Positions 9,421-20,347 of a stretch of DNA of 64,000 nucleotides are shown one piece after another (the first letter of the stretch is position 1; every line of letters begins with the position of its first letter). The notes beneath the pieces were generated by a model. It had not been told where the DNA came from, did no database searches, and saw only the letters and a list, made by a program, of their open reading frames with translations. The stretch comes from Pirellulaceae bacterium (lineage in GTDB: Bacteria > Planctomycetota > Planctomycetia > Pirellulales > Pirellulaceae): the NCBI GenBank assembly GCA_963805875.1, contig CAWDWE010000007.1:887013-951012 (forward strand). Reading direction: 5' to 3'. Position numbers and translations under genes: made by a program.

Positions 9421-10395
9421 CTAATCCATCTCCTCCAAATTCACCTTCCGCGCCACCACATACATCGGCCGGGCGCGGACCTGGTCGTAGATTCGCACGA
9501 CGTATTCGCCGAGGATGCCGATGCCCAGGGCGTTGAGCGCGCCAAAGAACGACGATGTGACCGTGATCGACGTCCAGCCTGGTATTGCCCGTCCGGTGAA
9601 CAACTTGTGGTACAAGGTGAAGGCGACCACCGCGACGCAGACGAGCATCGACAGCGCCGCGATGAAATAAAACATCGACAGCGGTATCGACGAGAAGGAA
9701 ATAACCGCGCTCTTGGCCAGGCGAAACAGACCGAGCAACGACACGCGCGGGCGATCGTCATGCCGCTCGCCGCGCTCGACCGTCACGCCCGTCTGCCGAT
9801 AGCCGACCCAGCTTCGCAGGCCGGGAAAGTAGCGGTCCCGTTCGATCATGGCGGTCACTTCGCCGGCGACGCGGGCGTCCAGCAGGCCGAAGTTCCCCGC
9901 GTCGGCGGGCATCGGCGTGCGTGATAGGCCATTTAAGACGCGATAGAACGAATAGAACAGAAACCGCTTGATCGCGTTCTCCTTGCGGCCGATGCGAATG
10001 GCGTAGACGACGTCGTACCCTTCCTGCCACTTGGCGAGAAATTCGCCGATGCAGGCCGGGTCGTCCTGCAAATCGGAATCCATCACGATCACGCAATCGC
10101 CGTGGGCATGGCACAGCCCCGCCTGCACAGCCGCTTGATGGCCGAAGTTGCGGGAGAAGTGCAGCACCTTCACGTGCGGATCGGCGGCCGCGAGTTGGTC
10201 GAGGATGGCGGCGCTGTCGTCGGTCGAGCCGTCGTTGACATAAAGGATTTCATACCGGCAACCGGCCGCGGCGAGCGCCGCAGCGACCAGCTTGTGCAGG
10301 CGCTCGAGCACCTGGGCCTCGTCATAAAGCGGCAGCACGACCGAGACGAGCGACTCGGCGAGCGGGCGGCGGGTTGTGATCGTTTCTTGATTCAT
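9421..10395 (-). CDS. GT2 polyprenol-phosphate glycosyltransferase (ArnC/GtrB/dolichol-P-mannose synthase-like)
   Basis: VVLPLYDE...YEILYVNDGSTDDS...VMDSDLQDDP (DXD) ...FSRNFGHQ, plus two C-terminal TM helices. This is the classic polyprenyl-P sugar synthase layout. Confidence 0.9.
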   Translation of the reverse strand: MNQETITTRRPLAESLVSVVLPLYDEAQVLERLHKLVAAALAAAGCRYEILYVNDGSTDDSAAILDQLAAADPHVKVLHFSRNFGHQAAVQAGLCHAHGDCVIVMDSDLQDDPACIGEFLAKWQEGYDVVYAIRIGRKENAIKRFLFYSFYRVLNGLSRTPMPADAGNFGLLDARVAGEVTAMIERDRYFPGLRSWVGYRQTGVTVERGERHDDRPRVSLLGLFRLAKSAVISFSSIPLSMFYFIAALSMLVCVAVVAFTLYHKLFTGRAIPGWTSITVTSSFFGALNALGIGILGEYVVRIYDQVRARPMYVVARKVNLEEMD

Positions 10396-10404
10396 GATGT
10401 ATTG

Positions 10405-10660
10405 GGAGGGCGAGGCTCCTGCCGAGCCAACGCGGCTTGGTCCAGATAATTCACCACGGAGTCACGGAGACACGGAGGAACCTTGATTATTAAGAGAAAC
10501 ACCATCCACCTGCACTGCCATGGCCGAAACAGTCTGCAATATCTGGCAAAGTATTTATTTCGATGTATGTCGTTATTCTCCGTGCCTCTGTGTCTCCGTG
10601 GTTGAATTTGTCATGAATAATCCGGGTGAGTCCGAATCTGGCTTGGCAGGAGCCTCGCCC
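10405..10660. repeat. MITE-like element with nested terminal inverted repeats, inserted at the 3' end of the methyltransferase gene
   Basis: Outer inverted repeat GGGAGGGCGAGGCTCCTGCC (10408-10427) pairs with GGCAGGAGCCTCGCCCTCCC (10640-10659). Inner inverted repeat CACCACGGAGTCACGGAGACACGGAGG (10453-10480) pairs with CTCCGTGCCTCTGTGTCTCCGTGG (10577-10603). AT-rich ~100-nt core. The same outer repeat occurs as a compact hairpin at 3523-3590. Confidence 0.65.
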
Positions 10661-11387
10661 TCCCGTTTGCGGAGCACGCCGACCAGCGATAGCCCCGCCG
10701 GCACGGGCAAATGCCGCAGCCAAGCCCGTTCGACGTTCGCGCAGCCCAACAGCATTGAATTGACCAGCGACGAAACGCGGGGAAACTCCGCCGGGCGATT
10801 GCGATTTCGTACGCGATCCATGAGCCGCATCACAATCGCCGGCGGCAGCGTGAAGGCGTTCCAGTGCGATAGCCGCACCACGTCCAAGCCTGCCTCTAGC
10901 GCCTGCTGCCGCAACATGCGGCCGCTGTAGCGGCGAAAGTGCCCGAGCTTCACATCCCAATCGCTCATCAGCCAGCCATACGCCGGCACGGTAAACACAA
11001 TCGCTCCGTCGGCGGCCATCGCCCGCTTGGCATGCCGCAACACGGCGACCGGGTCTTCCATGTGCTCGAGCACATCGAGCAGCACCACCGCCCGCACGCT
11101 GGCGTCGTCAAACGGCCAGGGCTGGGCCAGATCGTGCAGGCGAATGTCGTCGATGCCCCGCCGCGCGGCGTGCTCGACCGCCTCGGGCATCACATCCAGC
11201 CCGGCGACGTCGTAACCCATCTGTTGAAATTCCGCCAGATTGCGCCCGACCCAACGCCCCCTTCAACGAGCAAGCCAGCCGGCGGCGCATAGCGGCGCAG
11301 CAACTCCACGACCAGCCGCCGCTTGGCGACGTGCCACCAGTAGCTGTCTTCCAGCTCGATCAGTTCGGTCAGGTGAGCGGCTTCCAA
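10573..11387 (-). CDS. class I SAM-dependent methyltransferase. TTG start. Apparent frame disruption near 11225. The C-terminal tail is encoded by the MITE-like element.
   Basis: N-terminal frame ...LLVEGGVGSG and C-terminal frame NLAEFQQMGYDVAGLDVMPEAVEHA...VVLLDVLEHMEDP...AMAADGAIVFTVP (Methyltransf_11/23 motifs I, post-I, II). The two are joined by a 1-base slip next to a GGGGG run. The last ~30 codons (REGEAPAKPDSDSPG...) are read from the inverted repeat of the element at 10405-10660. Confidence 0.75.
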
Positions 11388-11396
11388 ACGACGGCC

Positions 11397-13159
11397 TCAA
11401 TCTGCTGTTCGGGAGGGGGGCTGAATTTCATGCACCAAATATCGCCCGGCCCGAAACACGACCGGCTGATTCCAGGGAAACGTGTCCAACTGCGAGGGCA
11501 TGCCGGTCGGCAGGGTCGGCTCGTCTCGCTGATAATCTTCGCGGGCGACGCGTGCCGAGTAGCCCGCCATCTGGACGTCGGTGACGACATAACGCGCGCC
11601 GCTGGCCTGGATTTCTTGGATGATTTCACCGCGACGCGATGGGAAAAATGTCAGCCAGACGGCCGTGTGGATGAACCGGTTGGAGGGGCTGATTTTTAGG
11701 TCCGTATACAACCACTGCGAGGAGTCGTCCCAAACGGTCACGTCGCCGTCGCCCACGCCGCGGCTGCGCAGAAACTCGGCCACTTTGTCGAGGTCTTGCC
11801 AGTGCGCTTCGCCCATCACATGCCGCGCGGCGTCGGTCGAGAGGCGGTCTTTCACCAGCGGCGAACTTCCCTGCATGAAACAGAGCGGCCAGGTGGCCAG
11901 CGCTCGCGGTTTGGCGAGCGGATGCACGGCCAACGCCCAGGCGAAGAAGCCGACCATCGCCCAGCGCAGCAGCAGACTCGGCACGGCGATGCGATCCCAG
12001 CAGCAGAGGAGCGGGATCGCCATCAGCGGCGTGACGGCCAGGACGTATTCGTGCGAGAGCTGAATGAGCGACGCTTGCAACAGCCAGGCGAAGTACAGCA
12101 CCCCCAACAGCAGGCCGCCGGCCAGGCGCGGGCGGGCGGGTTCATCGCCGGCCTCCTGAAAACTCTTCCGCCCCAGGCCGACCGCCAGCGGCAGGGCGAT
12201 GAATGTCAGCAGGCTCCACGGGCAGTAGAAGACGTACCAGGCGATGTTCGTGATGATCCGCAGACGCAGGGCGTTGCCGCTAGAACGATACTCGCCGCTC
12301 CAATGGAGCATCATGTCCCAGAAGTGGGGCCAACTGCCGCTGGTGATCAGCCATCCGCAACCCGCGCCGCCGGCGATCGCGCCCCCCACGATCAGGCCCA
12401 ATGCGTCGAGCGTTCCGGTCAGGCGGTTCAAGCTGCCGTGACGAATGCCGAAGATCAGCCCGGCCAACCAGCAGGCGATCGCCGGGATGATGACATAAGG
12501 TTTGATCCAAACGGCCGCGCCCCACAGCAGCCCTTCCCCCGCCGCAGCCGCGAATGTGCCCGCTGCTGACATCGGCGGGCCGGCGATCTTCGCTGCCGCA
12601 GCCAAACAGCGAGGGCCGCGGGGAGCAGCATCCAGACGTCGCGCTGGCAATGCACCATCGGCGAGCAGGCGAAGTAATACAGCAAGATCGCCGCGACGCC
12701 AAACAAGCGCAGTGCGCCGGCGCTCGCCCGGCCGATTGTTGCCACGCGCATCAGCGCCGCGGCAATGCCCACGACGACGAGCAGATCAAACGCCCGCAAC
12801 ACCTCACTCCGCCAACCGGCGACGGATCGCACGAGCATGTGAATCCAAACCGCGCCGGGGAAATTCGTGTCGGTCACGTCGAGATACAAAGTCCGCCCAC
12901 GCAGAACCTCCTGCGCGAGAACGTCGTAATGCGTGGCATCGGCCCACAGCGGCTGACAAAGAAACAGCGGCACGCACCACAATAGCACAGCGGCCAAGGC
13001 GCCGCCCGCGATGTAAAGCCACGTCGATTCGTGCGCGGTGTTTGAGGTTGCCGATTCCATACACGTTGTCGCTGCGGCGCCGCTGCCGGCCGTGGAGAAG
13101 ATAGGCAGCCGAAGTCGTGAGACCTGCGGAGCCAGAACTCTCACGAGTTCTGCTACCAT
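11397..13159 (-). CDS. GT-C superfamily integral-membrane glycosyltransferase (ArnT/PMT/DUF2029-like). Apparent frame disruption near 12600.
   Basis: Many TM helices. N-terminal half (ORF 12455..13237, ...TLYLDVTDTNFPGAVWIHMLV...) and C-terminal half (ORF 11397..12650, then a large soluble C-terminal domain) lie in adjacent frames. Sits between the GT2 polyprenol-P sugar synthase and a small membrane protein. Confidence 0.5.
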
Positions 13160-13187
13160 TGTAACGCCGCCAGGCCGCCAGCGACAC

Positions 13188-13771
13188 TTATCGAATTTCG
13201 ACAACGCCCGAGTGCGGCGGCGGCGTGGCCGGTGCATCGGACAGAATCCATATAGTCGTCACGCGGCAGAGCGCGAATGCGCCGATCACAGCGAGACTGC
13301 TGGCCAGCCACGGGCCCCACGACAAATCGCCGGTCGTCAACAGGGCCACCACCGCCCGGCCGTTGATCCACAGCGCCGCGATGAACGCCGCCACGGTGGT
13401 CGGTGAAACCAGCAGCAGAAACACGGCCCGCCGCAGGGACGACGTCACACCGCACTGCGACATGCGGCGTATTCCCACCCACCAGATGGCAATCGCGCCC
13501 AGGCCCAGCACCGTGGCTACGATTAACGTCCAATCGCCATCCCCGCCGCACCACCATAGTCCGCCGGCGACAGCCGCTTGAGCTTGCAACATCAGCAGCA
13601 GAAACTCGCCCACGGAGAATTGCGTCGGCAGGGGCAGGCCGGCGACGGGGCGTTCGACCGGCGCCAGCGCCACTGGCCCAGCGACGCGATCACCCAAAAC
13701 CCGCCGGCGAACAGGGCGAACGCCGAGAAAGCGGCCAGCGTCAAAGCGGTCGAGTCGTGCGCGGCTTCCAT
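13188..13771 (-). CDS. small multi-TM membrane protein. Apparent frame disruption near 13690 (CCCAAAACCC run).
   Basis: MEAAHDSTALTLAAFSAFALFAGGFWVIASLG joins ...PVERPVAGLPLPTQFSVGEFLLLMLQAQAAVAGGLWW.... First gene of the minus-strand glycosylation operon. Confidence 0.4.
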
Positions 13772-13945
13772 GCCGTGACTCCTACGTGAATGTGTTCGGG
13801 TTTCCCTTGTTAATGGATTCTCGCCGCTCAAACAACGTCGAAATTTGGCAATGCGTGCTCAGCGTCGGCCATGAAAATCAGTGAAAGTGGAGCGTGGGAT
13901 GGCCACTACGACCCATCCCCATCTACGCCACATCGCCAATCCATC

Positions 13946-16900
13946 ATGAACACTATCGCACTTTATCTTCCCATTCGCGCCGCCGTGGCGCTCTTCGCCG
14001 TGGCGTCTGTTGCCGCCTTCGCAAATTCCGCCGAGATTCTGCCGCCCGAAAAACAGCTCGACGGGTTCAAGCTCCCGCCCGGCTTTGAAATTCAACTCGT
14101 CGTCGCCGACCCCGACATCGGGCAGCCGATGAATCTGAACTTCGACGCCCGCGGGCGACTGTGGGTGACGCATTCGGTCGAGTATCCCTACCCGGTCCAG
14201 GGCGAGGGAGTGCAGGCTCGCCCGGAGCGGTTCGGCAAGCCGAGCGACCACGCGCCGCGCGATCGGCTGACGGTTCTTTCGGGCATCGACCCCGACGGCA
14301 AGCCGGCGAAGATCACGCACTTCGCCGAAGGGCTGAATATCCCCATCGGCGTCACCCCCATCGGCGACGGCAGCGTGGCGCTGGCCTACAGCATCCCGGC
14401 GATTCATCGCTTCACCGATACCAACGCCGACGGAAAGGCGGACCAGCGGAAAGAACTCTACGGCCGCTTCGGCAACGTCGACACGCACGGCATGTCCAAC
14501 GCCTACACCCGCTGGATCGACGGTTGGATCTACGGCTGCCACGGCTTCTCGAACCACAGCGAAATCAAAGACGCCGCCGGCCGCGTCACCATCATGGACT
14601 CCGGCAATGTCTACCGCTTCCAGGAAGACGGCTCGCACTTTGAGCAGTTCACCTGGGGGCAAGTGAACCCGTTCGGGTTGACGTTCGACCCGCTGGGCAA
14701 TTTGTTCAGCGCCGACTGCCACACGATGCCGCTGTATTTGCTGCTCCGCGGGGCGAGGTATCCGCACTTCGGCAACCAGCCGGACGGCCTGGGGTTTGGC
14801 CCAACGATGATGCGGCACAACCACGGTTCGACCGGCATCTGCGGTCCGGCCTACTACGCGGCCGACCATTTCCCGGCCGATTTCCGCGACAACCTGTTCG
14901 TTTGCAACCCGGTCACCGGGCGAATCAATCGCGACAAGCTCAAGGCGGTTGGTTCGACGTACGAGTGCATCGAGCAGCCCGATTTCGTCGCCTGCGAAGG
15001 CAACCTCTTCCGCCCCGTCGATTGCATCGTCGGGCCGGACGGGGCGCTGTACATCGCCGATTTCTGCAACCCAGTGATCGGGCATTACGAAGCCCCGCTC
15101 AACCACCCCGACCGCGACCGCAACCACGGCCGTGTGTGGCGGGTGATCTACCGCGGCGAAAGCGGCGAAGGCCCGCCGCCGAAGATGATGCCCGATCTGA
15201 CGAAGCTGTCCGCGAAAGAATTGTTCGCTCTACTGGCCGATCCGAATCTGCAAGTGCGAACCTTGGTGACGAATTATCTCGTCGATGCCCACGCCGACGC
15301 ATCACCGGCCCTGGCGAAGCGGGCGTCGATGAGAGCGATGATCCACACGTGCGGGCGCACTGTCTTTGGATCTTGGAGCGACTCGGCGCGCTCGACGACG
15401 CCACGCTCGACAAGTTCGCCGAGGACGACGACCGCCTAGTGCGTGTTCACGCCACGCGGATTCTCGCCGAGCGCGAAAAATGGAGCGAGTTGAACGCGCA
15501 TTCGGCGCGGCGCAATCTATTTGACGGCGACGCCTTCGTCCGCCGCGTGGCCGCCGATGCCTTAGGTCAACATCCTGCGGCCGCGTATGTGCCGGAGTTG
15601 CTTGCGGCCTGGGAGAAGGCGCCGGCCGACGATACGCACTTGATTCACACCATTCGCCTGGCCCTGCGGAGTCATCTTCGCGATGAAGCGGTCGTCGCCG
15701 AACTGGCGAAGCGGGAGTTCACCGGCGAGGCGGCTCGCCGGCTGGTGGAAATCGCCGCCGCCGCGGATAGCGAAGTCCCCGCGCCGATCTTCCTGGCCCT
15801 CGCCCAGCCCGGCTCGGTATCCACCGAAGTATTTCGACAGGCGGCCACGCAAATCGCTCGCCGCGGCTCGCCCGAGCAGTTGCATCAGTTGCTGGCGCGC
15901 TCGCCCGATTGGTTTCCCGATGACGACGTGCAGCAATTCCGCATCCTCGCGGCGGTCGCCGACGGCTTGCAGCAAAAGGGCGTGGCCGCGGGCGAGCAGA
16001 CGGGCGTGAAGGAGGAACTGGCACGTTTGGCTCCTTCGTTGATGAAATCGCTCACCGACGCCCGGCCGCAGTGGACGAATCACCCCATACCCGATTTGCC
16101 GGAGTCGGCCAGCCCCTGGGGCGTGCGGCAGCGCAGTTCGAACGACGGCAATACGGACGCCCCGTTTTGGGACAGTATTTCGCACGGCGAACAACTCACC
16201 GGCATCCTCCGCAGCGAACCCTTCGCCTTGCCCGAGCAGCTTTCCTTCTGGATGTGCGGGCACAACGGCCAACCCAACGCCAACGACTCGCCAGTCAATC
16301 ACATTCGCCTCAAGAACGCCGAGACGGGCGAAGTGTTGGCGAAAGAAATTCCGCCACGCAACGACACAGCGAAAAAGTACACATGGAAACTGGACAAGCA
16401 CATCGGCGAGCAAGTCGTCATCGAAATCGTCGACGCCCATCGCGGCGGGGCGTATGCGTGGATCGGCGTGGGGCGGTTTGAGCCGGCGGTGCTGCGCGTG
16501 CAATCGGCCAGTGCGGATGACTTTGCGCCGCGGTTGGTGGAACTGATCGGACAGTTTGGCCTGGCCGAGATGGCGGACGATGTGCAGTCTTTGGCGATGG
16601 CGACGAAGCAACCGCTGGCGCTGCGCACGGCGGCGTTGGTCAGTCTCGAACAACTTAGCGGCCGCGAGAAATCGCTCGCGCCGCTGAAGAAGATACTTCG
16701 CGAAGTCGACGAGTCGAACGACATGCGCTGCCGCGCCGCTACGATGCTCGGCACGATGGATGTCGCCGCGGCGCAGGAAGCGTTGCAACAAGCACTTGTG
16801 GCATCGCCTGCCGGTTTGCAACGAGCGATTGCAACCGCCCTCATCCAGACTGCCGCTGGCAGATCGGCATTGCTCGACGCCATCGCCGCCGGCAAGGCCT

Positions 16901-17475
16901 CGCCGCGGCTCTTGCAGTCACCGCAAATTGCCGAACAATTGAACGCGCACGCGGGCGAAGCCGACAAGCGGCGTGTCGCTGCGCTCACGAAGGATTTGCC
17001 GCCGGCCAATGAGGAGATTGCAGCGCGGATTGAACATTACCGTCAAACTTTTGAATCCAGCGACGACTCCGCCGAGCGCGGCCGCGAGTTGTTCAAGAAA
17101 ACTTGCGCCGCCTGTCATCGCATCGGCGAAGAAGGGGGCATGGTTGGCCCGCAGCTCGACGGCGTCGGCAACCGCGGGCTAGACCGTCTGTTGGAAGATA
17201 TCCTCGACCCCAACCGCAACGTCGATGTGGCCTTCCGCACCACCATCATCGAAACCGTCAACGGAAAGCTCATCTCCGGCCTGGAGCGCCGCCGCGAGGG
17301 AGAGATCGTCGTCATCGCCGATCAAGAAGGCAAAGAATGGCGCATCCCGCTCGCCGATATCGCCGGCAGCCGCAAGACTAACCTCTCCCTCATGCCATCG
17401 AACCTGGGCGAAACACTCAAGGAAGATGAACTGCGAGACGTCCTCGCCTGGCTCCTGGCGCAGAAAAAACAGTAG
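13946..17475 (+). CDS. PVC-type heme-binding CxxCH protein (membrane-bound dehydrogenase/beta-propeller domain + HEAT repeats + cytochrome c domain). Apparent frame disruption near 15325.
   Basis: Signal peptide. N-terminal glucose/sorbosone-dehydrogenase-like propeller region (GFEIQLVVADPDIGQPMNL...). Central HEAT/ARM-like repeats. C-terminal FKKTCAACHRIG heme motif followed by ...SLMPSNLGETL.... The ORFs 13871..15439 and 14902..17475 are continuous after a 1-base slip at a CGGG run. Confidence 0.85.
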
Positions 17476-17510
17476 TGGAACCGGCGTCTCGCCGGTGACA
17501 CCCATTCCCC

Positions 17511-18854
17511 CTACTTCTTGAAAAACGACAGGTCAATCTTCGCCCGGCCGGGATTTTCGCTCGTATGCGGGTGCGGGTCGTCGTACAGCTTCTGCTGCGC
17601 CGCCAGCAGCTCCATCATCTGGGCGACCTTGTCAGCATGTTTTCCATCGGCGGCCAGGTTGTTGAGTTCGAGCGGGTCGTCCTTCAGATTGAACAGCAGC
17701 GAATAGTTCACCAGCGGGAAGCGGTACAGCTTCCACTCGCCGCGGCGGACGGCCCGTTGGCCTTTCTCGAAGGCCAGGAAGATCGTGTCGCGGACGGCCG
17801 CTTCCTTGCCCGCGATGATGGGGGCGAGACTCTTGCCGTCCAGTCCTTTGGGCGCGTCAACGCCGGCCAAATCGCAGACGGTCGGGAAGATGTCGTACAG
17901 ATAGGCGAAGGCGTCGCTCGCCCCGTGCCCAATGCCCGGGCCAGCGAAGACCAGCGGGGCACGCATCGAGTGCTCGTACAGATTCTGCTTGCCGAATAGC
18001 CCGTGGCTCCCCATCGCCAGGCCGTGATCGGCCGAGAAGATGATGATCGTGTTGTCGTACTCGCCAAGCTGCTTCAGCTTGGCGATGATGCGGCCGATGT
18101 TGTGATCGATCGACGAGATGCAGGCGTAGTAGTCGTGCAGTTGTTGGCGGGTGTTCTCCTCCGTCCGCGGCCAAGGGGCGAGCCGTTCATCGCGGCCGCT
18201 CATCCAGCCGTTGTCGATCGGGTGAAACGGCTGGAAATTCTTCGGCAGCGGAATCTCTTCGCGCTGATAGAGGTCCATCCACTCCTTGGCCGCCACCCGC
18301 GGGTCGTGCGGGCCGGCGAAGCCGATGTACATGAACACCGGCTTTTTGCGGTCCCATTTTTTATCGAGAAATGCAATGGCGCTATTCGCCGCCGCCCGCC
18401 CATGATGCCCGCTGCGGCGCACCTCGTTGTCGTTCAAGTAGCTACTGAACTCAAACTCCTTGTGCCACGCTCGGGCCGTATTGCCCCGTTTCGACTGATG
18501 ATACGTCACATACCCGGCCCGCCGCATCACCGCCCCGAAGCCATCGGTCGGCTTGGCGCTTTTATACCGATACAACGACATCCCGCTATGCATCATATGC
18601 CGAGAAGGATTGCAAACCGCCCCCACCGTCGACCCCATACAGTAGGCGTTGTTGAACGTAAACCCGCGATTGACCAGCGCATCCAAATTCGGCGTCTTGA
18701 TCGCCGGATTGCCGAGCGCGGCGATGGTGTCGGGACGCTGGTCGTCGGCGAAGAGGAACAGGATGTTGGGCTGCCTTTCGGCGGCGCAAGCATGTTCGTA
18801 CATGCATACAGCCACTGCGGTTGCGAAGATCAAGAACGTAATACGGCGTTGCAT
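17511..18854 (-). CDS. arylsulfatase family protein (formylglycine-dependent)
   Basis: Signal peptide MQRRITFLIFATAVAV. ...LFLFADDQRPD.... Sulfatase signature CNPSRHMMHSG (C-x-P-S-R). ...FSADHGLAMGSHG.... Confidence 0.9.
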   Translation of the reverse strand: MQRRITFLIFATAVAVCMYEHACAAERQPNILFLFADDQRPDTIAALGNPAIKTPNLDALVNRGFTFNNAYCMGSTVGAVCNPSRHMMHSGMSLYRYKSAKPTDGFGAVMRRAGYVTYHQSKRGNTARAWHKEFEFSSYLNDNEVRRSGHHGRAAANSAIAFLDKKWDRKKPVFMYIGFAGPHDPRVAAKEWMDLYQREEIPLPKNFQPFHPIDNGWMSGRDERLAPWPRTEENTRQQLHDYYACISSIDHNIGRIIAKLKQLGEYDNTIIIFSADHGLAMGSHGLFGKQNLYEHSMRAPLVFAGPGIGHGASDAFAYLYDIFPTVCDLAGVDAPKGLDGKSLAPIIAGKEAAVRDTIFLAFEKGQRAVRRGEWKLYRFPLVNYSLLFNLKDDPLELNNLAADGKHADKVAQMMELLAAQQKLYDDPHPHTSENPGRAKIDLSFFKK

Positions 18855-18969
18855 AGTCGTCTCCGCATTTGAATCAAGTATATTCGACGTAGGAGAGATT
18901 GTATCTGCGCGGCGCCTGCGCAGCAAATTCGCGTGTGTGCCCGGGCCGCGAGAGGACTCGCGTCCTACG

Positions 18970-20006
18970 TTATCTGTGTGCATCTGTGTGCATCTGTGGC
19001 TCAATAATGTCAGCAAGTCGCGCAGCAAGTCTCACGGCGCAAAACATGCTCGTCGCGTCGGCCGTGCCTTGCCAGGCAATGTCTAAAGCGGTGCCGTGGT
19101 CGACGGAGGTGCGGATGATCGGCAGGCCCAGCGTGATGTTGACCGCCGTGTCGAAGGCCAACGCCTTGAGCGGGATCAAACCTTGATCGTGATACATGCA
19201 GATGTAACAGTCGGTTTGCTGGCGTACAGTCGGGACAAAGGCCGTATCCGGCGGGAGTGGGCCGGCGACGTCGAAGCCGCGCCGCTGTGCCTCGTCAACG
19301 GCCGGCACGATCAGGCGCTCTTCCTCACGATTGCCGAACAGGCCGTGCTCGCCGGCGTGGGGGTTCAGGCCGCAGACGATCATCCGCGGCCTTCTTCCGC
19401 GCAGTCGCTCCATCGCTTCGTGACTCAGTTCGATGACTTCGACGATCCGCTCGGTCGTGATCAAACCGGGCACATCGGCGAGACCGACGTGCGAGGTGAC
19501 GAAGCTGCAGGTGATTTCGTCGGACGTGAGCATCATGCAATGCCGCGCGCGCCGGTGGCTGCGGCGAAAATCTCGGTATGCCCGGGATGCTCAATGCCGA
19601 CGGCGCTGAGGGCTTCTTTGTGAATGGGGGCCGTGACGACTCCGTCCACTTCCCCGGCCAGCGCGGCGGCGATGGCCGCTTCGATGTAGCGATAGGCCGC
19701 CCGGCCGGTGGCGGCGCTGACCTGGCCGGGGGTCACCGCGGCGGGGTCGGTCGCTTGCAGGTCGATGACGGCGGCGTCATCTAAGTGCCGGCATTTTGGC
19801 GGGTGCTCTTGGCCGCAGGAGGTCGATCTCGCCGCCGGCAAGCCGGCGGCTTGGGCGACGCGCTCGAGGATCGACGCGTCGCCGAAGATAAGCGGTGTGC
19901 ATACTTCTAACAGCGACGTATTAGCCAGCACACGTAGGCACAGCTCCGGACCCACTCCGGCCGGATCGCCCATCGTGATCGCCAGGCGTGGTTTGATGGC
20001 GGGCAT
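18970..20006 (-). CDS. pdxA: 4-hydroxythreonine-4-phosphate dehydrogenase PdxA. Apparent frame disruption near 19536.
   Basis: [22 protein letters not shown]...[11 protein letters not shown]...GHTEIFAA in one frame, MMLTSDEI...LNPHAGEHG...TSVDHGTA in the next. Strong PdxA family similarity along the whole length. Confidence 0.8.
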
Positions 20007-20007
20007 G

Positions 20008-20286
20008 CTACGGTTTTTCGATCCGAAACCCCATCGCCACGATCGCCTTGAGCACCTCCATCGCCGTTTGACGATCGTAGACTTTTTCCGACTCGGGCAA
20101 CTCGTCGTACGGAACCAGGCACGGATTGGTCTTCTCCTCGTCGTTCCGCGGGCCAAGCCGCCAGCCATCGGCGATGCGCTGCCTGGCCCAGACGTCGTGG
20201 TTATGCTCGGCGAGCCGCTCGACCAGTTCGTCCACCTCGGCGGGGAGTTTTACTTGGGTCGTGTCGATCGGTGCGGGGTTGTACAT
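20008..20286 (-). CDS. RyR (ryanodine-receptor-type) domain protein, 92 aa
   Basis: ...VERLAEHNHDVWARQRIADGWRLGPRNDEEKTNPCLVPYDELPESEKVYDRQTAMEVLK matches the bacterial RyR domain consensus (E..HE.W...r...GW.yG......k..p.l.PyeeLpe..K..dR). Stop is 1 nt from the pdxA start. Confidence 0.6.
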   Translation of the reverse strand: MYNPAPIDTTQVKLPAEVDELVERLAEHNHDVWARQRIADGWRLGPRNDEEKTNPCLVPYDELPESEKVYDRQTAMEVLKAIVAMGFRIEKP

Positions 20287-20347
20287 GAGAGAGGTTAGAG
20301 GTCAGAGGTCAGAAATCAGGCGGCTTCGCGCAGGGACTGGATTATAC

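Noticed and set aside
9391-9440. Low-complexity AATCTTAATCTTCATTCTAATCCTAATCCATCTCC
   Set aside because: A pyrimidine-rich simple sequence at the convergent end of the GT2 gene. No recognisable structure or repeat family.
13859-15127. 422-aa minus-strand ORF (also 15562..16821 and 16299..17009)
   Set aside because: Antisense to the PVC-type heme-binding protein, whose motifs (propeller, HEAT, CxxCH) are unambiguous on the + strand.
18960-18990. Tandem ATCTGTGTGC x2.8 upstream of the sulfatase start
   Set aside because: Too short and isolated to call a feature. Possibly a minor slippage duplication in the sulfatase promoter region.
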